IMG/VR virus record: IMGVR_UViG_3300033076_000803
Location: 1-40,749 of that record
DNA from: a virus
Lineage: Duplodnaviria > Caudoviricetes
Length of the DNA stretch: 40,749 nt
Strand: one strand, 5' to 3'
Shown here: piece after piece, positions 19,819 through 27,101 of the stretch
How positions within the stretch are numbered: the first letter of the stretch is position 1
Layout: each line of letters begins with the position of its first letter
The notes under the pieces: model-generated
Seen by the model: only the letters and a program-made list of their open reading frames with translations
Told to the model about the DNA's origin: nothing
The model's database searches: none
Program-made: the position numbers and the translations under genes

Positions 19819-20091
19819 ATGCTGAAAATCACGCCAGCGGATAAGGCCTCAATTGATGCGATTGTTCAAAATCGGCGGAAACCGGGCGTTTACGGTGGCC
19901 TAACGGCGCACCTTCGCAAGCTTAGAATTGGCGCTGGCGTCTGGATCGAAGTTCCTGAGAATGTATCAATTTCCCGCCATCAGCAGCACGTCGCGGCTAT
20001 CGGCCAATCCCTATACATACATCAGGGTATTCGCTTTATGACCCGCCGCGATACCGCAAACAATCGCGTTGCCATCATTCGGGTTGAGTGA
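19819..20091 (+). CDS. Hypothetical protein (possible small DNA-binding protein)
   Basis: 90 aa basic ORF closing the + strand block. Confidence 0.55.
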   Translation: MLKITPADKASIDAIVQNRRKPGVYGGLTAHLRKLRIGAGVWIEVPENVSISRHQQHVAAIGQSLYIHQGIRFMTRRDTANNRVAIIRVE

Positions 20092-20096
20092 TGGCG

Positions 20097-20118
20097 GCAT
20101 GGCGTGCAAAGCCCATGC
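20097..20118. terminator. Hairpin at the convergence of late and early transcription
   Basis: GCATGG...CCATGC inverted repeat in the short gap between convergent stops; no clear U tract. Confidence 0.35.
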
Positions 20119-20123
20119 AATAG

Positions 20124-20456
20124 CTATGGCTTGGCATTGTGCTTTTCCATGTGAGCGCGGGCGGCTGCAATATGGCCAATGTGCGGGTCTCCTGTGAACG
20201 CCCTAACAATCTCCTCCGCACTTTCCAGCCGCTCTATAAGCGCTAGGATGGTGGCGGGGTTGGCGAGGGCTATATGCGCAGCGTCTTCCTCGGAAACTGC
20301 CGTTGGATAATACGGTTCATCGCAGCAGACGCGCTCACCACCCGCATCGCGAACGACGATGATGCTGCCGATTGTGCCGTCCTCGTGGCAAAGCCTCCAC
20401 GGCCCTCGTGAAGCCTTCTCCGCAGCCTCTTTCAGTTTGGCTAGGTCAAGGGTCAT
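20124..20456 (-). CDS. Ead/Ea22-like protein
   Basis: LAKLKEAAEKASRGPW...DAAHIALANPATILALIERLE signature. Confidence 0.8.
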   Translation of the reverse strand: MTLDLAKLKEAAEKASRGPWRLCHEDGTIGSIIVVRDAGGERVCCDEPYYPTAVSEEDAAHIALANPATILALIERLESAEEIVRAFTGDPHIGHIAAARAHMEKHNAKP

Positions 20457-20695
20457 GGGGCAGACCTCCAAAGCGGGAAAATGTAGCGTTCAAGAAGGAT
20501 GCCTGCGACCACGCCGTAACTCAGCATGGACAATCGACCGCTGATGCCTTCGACAACCCCGGACCAGAACGCTTTTGCATATCGCTTCCACCATGGGTCG
20601 AGTGGCAACCCAGATGTGATGCGTCGCATTTCCTCGTCGGACAGCGCGCGGTCAAAGACTACAACGCGGCGAATGTGGTCGCCTGGCTTTTCCAT
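20453..20695 (-). CDS. Hypothetical membrane protein
   Basis: 80 aa, GGAG RBS, C-terminal hydrophobic segment. Confidence 0.55.
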   Translation of the reverse strand: MEKPGDHIRRVVVFDRALSDEEMRRITSGLPLDPWWKRYAKAFWSGVVEGISGRLSMLSYGVVAGILLERYIFPLWRSAP

Positions 20696-20696
20696 C

Positions 20697-20966
20697 TCAC
20701 TCTCCCTTCAACGGGCTGGCATCAAGCATGGCTTGCCACCATTCAACATGGCAATCATCGGCTCCCCTGTGCGCCGCTTCGTTCCATCCCGCCATTGTCC
20801 CAGCGGTCGTAAGCTGGTCTGGCGTCGGCTCTCTCATCGCTTCATATATTGCCGCGATGGCAGCTTTAGACCGCCTCATGTAAAACAGTCTGGCTTGGTC
20901 AAAATGGTCGTTGGCGTCTTCGGCCATCGCCCTCGCCACCTTCTCTACAAGCTGTTCGTGGGTCAT
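20697..20966 (-). CDS. Hypothetical early protein
   Basis: LVEKVARAM...AAIAAIYEAMREPT motif; ATGA coupled. Confidence 0.65.
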   Translation of the reverse strand: MTHEQLVEKVARAMAEDANDHFDQARLFYMRRSKAAIAAIYEAMREPTPDQLTTAGTMAGWNEAAHRGADDCHVEWWQAMLDASPLKGE

Positions 20967-21319
20967 TTGGGCCTCGCTTCGATCATGGCGCGGTAGGCAT
21001 CTTCAAAGCACCATTCTTTCCCCGAAATGGCCATTTCTTGCGCGGCCTCAATCATCGCCTCGGTCGGCTCAACCGGCACGATAACATGCGTTCCCGCCAA
21101 GAGCCCCGCAAAGCCGGGGAATTCTTTCTCTAAGAGCACATGCATGGTGCCGTCAGCAATACCGCGCGGCGCGAAGTAGGCCTTACCGCTGATCACGTCA
21201 GCAAGGCCGGGGATGGCTGTTTCGAGGGCGGTGAGGGCGGCTGCCATCCACTTTTCAGGGCTGCCGCTTTCTTGCGACCATGCCCGAAACATCGCCTCAA
21301 TAATGTCATCACGGTTCAT
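20963..21319 (-). CDS. Hypothetical early protein
   Basis: VIVPVEPTEAMIEAA...YRAMIEA motif; coupled. Confidence 0.65.
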   Translation of the reverse strand: MNRDDIIEAMFRAWSQESGSPEKWMAAALTALETAIPGLADVISGKAYFAPRGIADGTMHVLLEKEFPGFAGLLAGTHVIVPVEPTEAMIEAAQEMAISGKEWCFEDAYRAMIEARPK

Positions 21320-21624
21320 GTCGTTTCCTTCGGAGGTTGGGGTATCAGTCGAAACAAATCAGCTTTTGGGTAATTCATTGGAACACCGTGCTCGTCTGTC
21401 ATGTCCTCGTGATACCAACGATAAGCGGCGACTGTTCCGGATCGTGGCTGAATTCCCGACACGATCACGCGCTCTAAGCTGGGCGCGCTCTCGATTGCCT
21501 CCCACGCCGCAGCTTCGGCGGCTTCAAGCACCTGCCGCATGCGCTCTTTGCTTGGGGTGTAACTATCGCCTATCCAGCGCTTCCACTCGCGAAGCGCCGC
21601 CTCTACCTGCTTATCCGTTGCCAT
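21316..21624 (-). CDS. Hypothetical early protein (DUF551-like C-terminal half)
   Basis: WEAIESAP...IPQPPK; AAGGAG RBS. Confidence 0.6.
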   Translation of the reverse strand: MATDKQVEAALREWKRWIGDSYTPSKERMRQVLEAAEAAAWEAIESAPSLERVIVSGIQPRSGTVAAYRWYHEDMTDEHGVPMNYPKADLFRLIPQPPKETT

Positions 21625-21801
21625 GGCTGGGCTCCTTGGGCTGGCGTTCTTTAAGCCGGGCTATTGCATTCTCCCGCACGCACTGTGCGGCCTCGTCAAT
21701 GGCCACCGCAATCCGTCTAGCCGCCGTTGAGGGCAGGCCAATTTTTGCGGCTATTTGCAGCGCAATTTGCAAGGCCTCGTCAGAAATCCGGTTCATACTC
21801 A
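21611..21801 (-). CDS. Hypothetical protein
   Basis: Short ORF in a coupled chain; start uncertain (approximate). Confidence 0.45.
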
Positions 21802-21968
21802 TACCCAAGCCTCTCGTATTCACTGAGATACGCGATGCGGTGATTGGTGCGGTCTATCTCCGCAAGCAGCTTTTCGCGTGCTGTTTCGTCTATGGCTGCG
21901 GCCTTCCATTCCAGATCAGCCGCATGCTGGCGAAGGGTGGCTAGTTCTGCTTTGACGGTGGGTGTCAT
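21780..21968 (-). CDS. Hypothetical coiled-coil protein
   Basis: MTPTVKAELATLRQ...; ATGA overlap with the DUF551-like gene. Confidence 0.55.
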   Translation of the reverse strand: MTPTVKAELATLRQHAADLEWKAAAIDETAREKLLAEIDRTNHRIAYLSEYERLGYEYEPDF

Positions 21969-22291
21969 TTGGGCGGCTCCGGTAGCGGCATCCAAAACCT
22001 TGCGTTGCAGACGCGCGGATAATCGTCGTTTTCCTTGCAAAACCACATTCCGGGGAGCCAATACCCATTCCCGTATTCGTCTTCGGTCTCAAACTCGGGG
22101 TCAAACCACTTGGCAATGCAGATGCCATTCCCGTTCATGCAACCGCTGGATTCTGCCCACGCTGCGTAATCCGTAAGCCGGCCAGTGGCTTTGTCTTCGA
22201 CATACGGATCGGCGTCGTGATCATACCAAACAAGCACATCTTGTTCTTTTGGCGCGGTCTCAATCGGTTGCCATTCCATCATCATCTCCAT
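21965..22291 (-). CDS. DUF551-like protein
   Basis: EWQPIETAPK...FWMPLPEPPK signature; start within the M-E-M-M-M run. Confidence 0.7.
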   Translation of the reverse strand: MEMMMEWQPIETAPKEQDVLVWYDHDADPYVEDKATGRLTDYAAWAESSGCMNGNGICIAKWFDPEFETEDEYGNGYWLPGMWFCKENDDYPRVCNARFWMPLPEPPK

Positions 22292-22623
22292 CAGAACGCC
22301 GGCTTCGGGCAAAATTGAACAACGTTGCCGCTGTCAGATAGCGGCGCAATGCCATCCCAAAGCAGCACAACGTCAGTTAGATTGCTGTCAAAATCGGGTT
22401 CCATGCCAAGCGCTCGCTCGGCATGCTCAGGCCAATCTGCTTTTTGCATTTCCAGCGCTTCGGCAATCGGCCCAACCATAAGCAGTGCTACGCCGTCAGA
22501 CGCGCGGAAGCCCTCGTTTTCAACCGCAGCCTTGATCAGCTTGCGGTAACGGTTTGGAGCCTGCATTGCCTGCGCTCCGTAATATGGCCGGGTCTTGATA
22601 GGCGTTGACACGTTATTCTCCAT
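22291..22623 (-). CDS. Hypothetical protein adjacent to attP
   Basis: MENNVSTPIK..., 110 aa, bracketed by a 16-bp direct repeat. Confidence 0.55.
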   Translation of the reverse strand: MENNVSTPIKTRPYYGAQAMQAPNRYRKLIKAAVENEGFRASDGVALLMVGPIAEALEMQKADWPEHAERALGMEPDFDSNLTDVVLLWDGIAPLSDSGNVVQFCPKPAF

Positions 22624-22646
22624 CAGAACGCCCCATGAACATGCCA

Positions 22647-22893
22647 TCGGGACTTGTTCGGGACTTTGTGTTCGTATATGTCCCTCTCTCGTCGCGTTTG
22701 TTCCGGTTCTGATTTCATCGCTCTTCGGCAATGATAAATTCCGCAACAAAAACAACGATGTTCGGACACGGGGTATAGCGCAGTCTGGTAGCGCGGTAGT
22801 TTTGGGTGCTGCTGCGCTTGACGACATAACCCATTGTTAGCGCGATACTATTTGCTCTTTCCCGATTGGCGTTCGGGACTTTTGTCGGGACTT
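22647..22893. other. attP: attP region: tRNA-derived core, four integrase arm-type repeats and an IHF-like site
   Basis: TCGGGACTT at 22647, 22658, 22873 and 22885; tRNA-Pro fragment at 22769; TAACCCATTGTTA (22827-22839) is one mismatch from YAANNNNTTGATW; lies downstream of int. Confidence 0.85.
22769..22812 (+). tRNA. Partial tRNA-Pro(TGG), 5' half only (att core; not a functional tRNA here)
   Basis: CGGGGTA-TA-GCGC-AGTCTGGTA-GCGC-G-GTAGT-TTTGGGT-GCTGC gives acceptor 5' strand, D arm and anticodon arm; no T arm (GGTTCGAATCC) or CCA follows. Confidence 0.85.
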
Positions 22894-23030
22894 CTGGCGA
22901 CGGCCAACAATGTCAGCCGCACCCATGACGACAACGAAAGCCCCATGCGCTGGGCTGCTTCGTTCATGACGCGCTTTTCCGCCTCGCTGACAAGGACGTG
23001 AATGCGCTCGGTTTTTGTAAGCTTTTCCAT
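22848..23030 (-). CDS. Ribbon-helix-helix DNA-binding protein (MobC/DUF1778-like)
   Basis: TERIHVLVSEAEKRVMNEAAQRMGLSLSSWVRLTLL pattern. Confidence 0.75.
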   Translation of the reverse strand: MEKLTKTERIHVLVSEAEKRVMNEAAQRMGLSLSSWVRLTLLAVARSPDKSPERQSGKSK

Positions 23031-23036
23031 GACTCA

Positions 23037-23066
23037 ATTATGCGCATGTTTTGCGCATGAGTGCAA
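23037..23066 (-). promoter_or_regulatory. Sigma70-type promoter with tandem operator for the RHH gene (probably leaderless mRNA)
   Basis: - strand TTGCAC-18 bp-CATAAT ending 6 bp before the ATG at 23030; TGCGCATG twice (23041, 23052) in the spacer. Confidence 0.65.
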
Positions 23067-23069
23067 GCG

Positions 23070-23288
23070 TTATTTGGGGGCGATAACGGCTCTCGGGGCA
23101 TACCTTGCATCAATGTCCGCAAGCCGCTTGATGATCGGCTCAGCTTGTTTCCTGTAGGAATCTTGCAGTCTTGCGAGATACTCTAAAAGCTGCTTCCGAT
23201 ATTCTTGGTCAACATCGCTGTATTGAGGCGGCAGGATAACAACGTCAAAGCCGCTATCGTTAAGGATAAATTCGTTGGCGTCAGTCAT
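23070..23288 (-). CDS. Hypothetical protein downstream of int
   Basis: 72 aa MTDANEFILND...; start overlaps the int stop. Confidence 0.55.
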   Translation of the reverse strand: MTDANEFILNDSGFDVVILPPQYSDVDQEYRKQLLEYLARLQDSYRKQAEPIIKRLADIDARYAPRAVIAPK

Positions 23289-24354
23289 TTTGTGCTGCCT
23301 TTCTCTCTGGCGCGCTTGCCGCATCCATCGCGGCGGACACTTCCTCGTCCATGACGTGGGCATATCGGGTGGTTGTTTCAATCCTGGTATGTCGCAATAG
23401 CTTCTGCACCAGTTTTAGGTTGCCCGTTGCCCGCAATACCCGCGTGGCCGTGGTGTGGCGTAGGTCATGGAAGCGCAGCCCCGCGACAGGATCAGCCTTG
23501 CTCGATTGAATGCCAGCCTTGGCACGGGCGCGGCGGAATGCAGACGATAGGCCGCTGTATGTGATCGGCAGCCATGCATCATTCGCCCGATAGCAGAACA
23601 CAGCCTTGTCATGACGGCCCTGCAATGGCCATAGAACGGCACGCAGGCCAGCGGAGAGTGGGATGGTGGCAATGCCCGTCTTGCCGCTAATCGTGATCCT
23701 ACGGTTCCCCCAGTCCACGGCTGACCATTCCAGCGTGACAACCTCATTCAATCGGCAGCCTGATAACAGCGCGAACCTGACTGGGTGTAGGTAGTCCTCA
23801 CCAAGCCTAGCGAATATTGCCTCTTGTTCGGTGATGGACAATTCCCGAACGCGCTCGGCTGGTTCTCTCAGGATATGCTGTGACCATTGAACCTTGGCCG
23901 TTTCAACCTCCCAAACCTCGCCAGCGCGGCGGATGATCTTTCGCAATGGCTCGGTCACGCTGCGGTTCACGGTGGATGGTGAAATGCCTTCGTTCCGTCG
24001 CTTGGCCACGATGCGCGCGACCATGTCGCCAGTGATCCTAGTTAGCGGCGTATTCATGCCAATTTCGCGTTGCAGGCGGGCAAGGTTCGTCATCACGGTA
24101 TCATTGCGCTTTAGATGCTGCCCAACCTCCTGCCACCAGCGTGACGATGCCGCGCCAAAGGTCATGACGGATGCTGGTTCCTTGTCGATACTGGCTAGGG
24201 CTTCGGCCTTTCGCGCCCTGACGAATGCTTCGGCTTCCCGGCGTTCCGTGCAGCCCGTAGTGCCGTGAAATCTGTGACCGCAAAGCCAGAAATCGTATTG
24301 ATAGACCTCGGCTCCCGCTCGCTTGAACAGGCCTGTTTCTTTCTTTCTTGCCAC
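23281..24354 (-). CDS. int: Tyrosine recombinase (phage integrase)
   Basis: SGCRLNE (R), SGKTG (K), FHDLRHT (HxxR), LRHTRIETTTRYAH (H, Y); N-terminal arm-binding domain. Confidence 0.95.
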   Translation of the reverse strand: MARKKETGLFKRAGAEVYQYDFWLCGHRFHGTTGCTERREAEAFVRARKAEALASIDKEPASVMTFGAASSRWWQEVGQHLKRNDTVMTNLARLQREIGMNTPLTRITGDMVARIVAKRRNEGISPSTVNRSVTEPLRKIIRRAGEVWEVETAKVQWSQHILREPAERVRELSITEQEAIFARLGEDYLHPVRFALLSGCRLNEVVTLEWSAVDWGNRRITISGKTGIATIPLSAGLRAVLWPLQGRHDKAVFCYRANDAWLPITYSGLSSAFRRARAKAGIQSSKADPVAGLRFHDLRHTTATRVLRATGNLKLVQKLLRHTRIETTTRYAHVMDEEVSAAMDAASAPERKAAQND

Positions 24355-24530
24355 GCCAGCCGCTCCCCGATGAATGCGTCTAGATCGTCAGGCCGAAACC
24401 GATACGCTGGCCTTTTCGCTCCCCTGCCAAGATTGACATAGGGGATAAGGCCATCTCTCACGAATTCGCGCAACTGGCGTTCACTGGTGGCGATGCGTTC
24501 GGCAGCTTGTTGGATGGTCAGGAGGGTCAT
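24195..24530 (-). CDS. xis: Excisionase (HTH_17/MerR-like)
   Basis: LLTIQQAAERIATSERQLREFVRDGLIPY...YRFRPDDLDAFI; directly upstream of and overlapping int. Confidence 0.85.
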   Translation of the reverse strand: MTLLTIQQAAERIATSERQLREFVRDGLIPYVNLGRGAKRPAYRFRPDDLDAFIGERLAWQERKKQACSSEREPRSINTISGFAVTDFTALRAARNAGKPKHSSGRERPKP

Positions 24531-24796
24531 TTGGGCGGCTCCGGCAACGGCATCCAATGGGTGGGCTGAACCGATGGCTCTTCGTCTTCGTTAGACGCCC
24601 AGCAAACCGCATCAGTCCAGCATGGCGGAGGCTCACCTTCGGCGTAGAACCACGCCCATGCTTCCAAGTCGTTGTCATCAATGACGGTAATCGCGCAGAT
24701 GCGATTTTCGTCTCCATAGCCAGGAATGCGCGCTTTAATCAAAGTTCCATCAAGCGGCGCGGTTTCAATCGGCATCCATTCGGGCTTCGTGCTCAT
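24527..24796 (-). CDS. DUF551-like protein (second copy)
   Basis: EWMPIETAPLDG...PTHWMPLPEPPK. Confidence 0.7.
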   Translation of the reverse strand: MSTKPEWMPIETAPLDGTLIKARIPGYGDENRICAITVIDDNDLEAWAWFYAEGEPPPCWTDAVCWASNEDEEPSVQPTHWMPLPEPPK

Positions 24797-24827
24797 TCGC
24801 TTGCATCCCTTCTGACAACTTCGCTGG

Positions 24828-25100
24828 TCATTCAATTACCCGCAATTTGGGCTTTGACGGCGGCAAGCGCGGCTCCGGATCTTCATCATCCAATGTCAGC
24901 AAGCCGTCACGCTTATGGCCGATGTGAACGCCGCCAAGGCTTTCTTGGACGTGATGAACCCCAACCTTGTGGAGGTCTGTCAAAAGGTAGGCTCGATCGC
25001 GCGGACAATGGCGGGCAACCACAAAGATTTCCGCTGGCCCATCACTGCAAACAGCATCCAATTCGCCGCGCTCGTTTAGTTCAATTGTCACCCTCATCAT
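24828..25100 (-). CDS. Hypothetical protein
   Basis: 90 aa, coupled to the HNH gene. Confidence 0.55.
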   Translation of the reverse strand: MMRVTIELNERGELDAVCSDGPAEIFVVARHCPRDRAYLLTDLHKVGVHHVQESLGGVHIGHKRDGLLTLDDEDPEPRLPPSKPKLRVIE

Positions 25101-25477
25101 CGTTTCTCCACTGTTCCATCCATGCGCTTCCGCAGGCCGCTCGCCTTGCTACCGGGCATAGGCCGCGATTTTCGCCGCTCTATCCCCGCATGTTTCGCTG
25201 CAAGCCTTCGCGCTTTGGCTAATGCTGCAACGTCCTGTTTTGTCTTCTCGCGGTGGGCTGTTGACAGGACTAGCTGCAAATTCCCTTCGCGGTGTTCCCC
25301 GCCCATTGCCAGCGGGATAATGTGATCGAACTCATACTTGTCCTTGAGCCCGTCGATTTTCAGGCCGGTAAGCTGGCAGCGGCCTTGATCGCGCTCCCAT
25401 ATTCGCATCTTGACGCGAGCGGGTATCGCGGCATCGGGTGTTGAGCCCTGCCATTCTGGAACGGTGCGGCCTGTCAT
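25097..25477 (-). CDS. HNH endonuclease
   Basis: RDQGRCQ...EFDHIIPLAMGGEH..NLQ..H.EKT. Confidence 0.9.
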   Translation of the reverse strand: MTGRTVPEWQGSTPDAAIPARVKMRIWERDQGRCQLTGLKIDGLKDKYEFDHIIPLAMGGEHREGNLQLVLSTAHREKTKQDVAALAKARRLAAKHAGIERRKSRPMPGSKASGLRKRMDGTVEKR

Positions 25478-25797
25478 GTCCGCACCATTTTCATTTCTTG
25501 CCGCTGCGTTGCGTCATGCGCGATGAACTCGCTAAACCGCATCCGCATGAACTCCATTTCGATCTTGGCTAGGTTCGCCTGCTCTCGCGCCTTGACCATC
25601 TTGCGAATGTAATCAGCCCAGTCGGGTGATGACTTGATCGCCAGTTCAGCCTTGCTCACGGCCATGTCGCCAAGAGCGGCCATGCGTTGTGAGAGGTAGG
25701 CGCTCTTGCCTTCCTCAAGCATGTCAGCGGCGGCATTGAGGCTTGCCCACTTTTCGCCAGCGCGGCGGAATTGTTCGGAGGCGGGTAGGTTGCTCAT
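25474..25797 (-). CDS. Helical protein, possibly a UvsY-like recombination mediator
   Basis: 107 aa all-helical (AVSKAELAIKSSPDW); in the recombination region; family assignment is inference. Confidence 0.5.
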   Translation of the reverse strand: MSNLPASEQFRRAGEKWASLNAAADMLEEGKSAYLSQRMAALGDMAVSKAELAIKSSPDWADYIRKMVKAREQANLAKIEMEFMRMRFSEFIAHDATQRQEMKMVRT

Positions 25798-26162
25798 GTT
25801 CCCGCCTTTCCCGCCAAAGCGGCGCGGGCGCTTGGTGTCCCGCCTGCATGCTTCCAATACAGCGCCAACTCGTCGGAAAGCTTGGTTAGTTGGATGCCTG
25901 AGCATCCCGCATGCGTCCGCTCCACATCGACAAGTTTTTGGGCAGCTATGGCCAGATAGTCCGCGCGCCAGACGCAATTTTGCAACCGCGCATTCTCGGC
26001 CTCAAGCGCTTCAACATGCTCAGCCACGGCATCCAGAGCAGCGCCAAGCTTTTCATCTTCGTCTGCTGTCATGCGGCCTTCCTCAAACATGGCTAGAATG
26101 CTTGGGCGAACCACATTCAGGGCTTGAACCATATTGAGCTTTGTGATCACGGCATCACTCAT
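25794..26162 (-). CDS. Hypothetical early protein
   Basis: LEAENARL...ARAALAGKA modules shared with the neighbouring gene. Confidence 0.6.
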   Translation of the reverse strand: MSDAVITKLNMVQALNVVRPSILAMFEEGRMTADEDEKLGAALDAVAEHVEALEAENARLQNCVWRADYLAIAAQKLVDVERTHAGCSGIQLTKLSDELALYWKHAGGTPSARAALAGKAGT

Positions 26163-26466
26163 GGCTGACTGCCTTTCCCGCCAAGGCGGCGCGGGCGTGC
26201 GCCAGCATCCCCTCTGCGACGATGACCCCGGCAGCTAAGCCCGCGCTTTCCAGCATTGTTCGAAGAACGGGCAATGCTTTGAGTGCGTCGTCTGCGACTT
26301 CCCGCAGCCGCGCATTCTCGGCCTCAAGCTGTTCGATGTGGTTTGCGGCTTCTTGGTTAGCTGTGCATATGCCGTATTTCGGGCATGTCTTTCGGATTTT
26401 TTCCAGATCACCTCCGCATCCGCATTCAGGCGACCATGCCCGCAACCGCTTCACCAGATCACTCAT
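26155..26466 (-). CDS. Hypothetical early protein (MSDLVKRLR type, Cys-rich)
   Basis: GGAGG RBS; MSDLVKRLR...EAANHIEQLEAENARL. Confidence 0.65.
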   Translation of the reverse strand: MSDLVKRLRAWSPECGCGGDLEKIRKTCPKYGICTANQEAANHIEQLEAENARLREVADDALKALPVLRTMLESAGLAAGVIVAEGMLAHARAALAGKAVSHE

Positions 26467-26803
26467 GGCTACCTCCACGGATGGCGTTGCGCGTCTCACG
26501 CATAATGCAGAGGGAGATTGGCGGGTTTGCTGATGCACAGTCTCCACCACAATCAGGGCACCCGTATCCCTCCCATTGGCGCAGAAGACCGTCTTGCGCC
26601 TTTAGTTTTTCCAGCAAGATGCTGTTGCCAAAACGACAAAGCTCTAGTTCCGCCGAAACCGCGCCAAGCTCAGATGCTGCGCGCTCACGTTCTTCAGCCA
26701 ACGCAGCAGCGATGGCCTCGACGTTTTCGCGGTAGCCAAGACCAAGATTGCTCAGGTGTATCAAGTTGGCTTTTTCCATGGCCCATTCCGGCAACTTACT
26801 CAT
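26459..26803 (-). CDS. Hypothetical protein with Cys cluster
   Basis: GGAG RBS; GCPDCGGDCASANPP..C motif. Confidence 0.6.
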   Translation of the reverse strand: MSKLPEWAMEKANLIHLSNLGLGYRENVEAIAAALAEERERAASELGAVSAELELCRFGNSILLEKLKAQDGLLRQWEGYGCPDCGGDCASANPPISLCIMRETRNAIRGGSHE

Positions 26804-27101
26804 GGTCGCCGCTCCTAATTGCAACAGCGATTTCCCGCGCGGCATGAGACATTCCAGCGGCACACGCGGCGGCAAGCTCAAGATTGTTTTCACCCTGCAG
26901 CGCCCGCAGCACGCGAAGATCAAACTTACCGTCAGCCGTGGTCATGATTTCATCCGCCACCTTCGCGCATCGCTCACGCTCGGCAAGGATGGCGCGGGCT
27001 ATCCGCTCACAATCCGCGTCTGCGCTATCAATGTCCCATTGCAGGGTATCCAGCAGCTTTCGCGCCGCCTGCATAATGTCGTCGGGAATGGTGGTCATCA
27101 C
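26796..27101 (-). CDS. Hypothetical early protein
   Basis: IPDDIMQAA...IARAILAERERCAK...IAVAIR motif. Confidence 0.65.
   Translation of the reverse strand: MMTTIPDDIMQAARKLLDTLQWDIDSADADCERIARAILAERERCAKVADEIMTTADGKFDLRVLRALQGENNLELAAACAAGMSHAAREIAVAIRSGDHE

Noticed and set aside
22769-22845. Complete phage-encoded tRNA-Pro
   Set aside because: No T arm, 3' acceptor strand or CCA; treated as the att core
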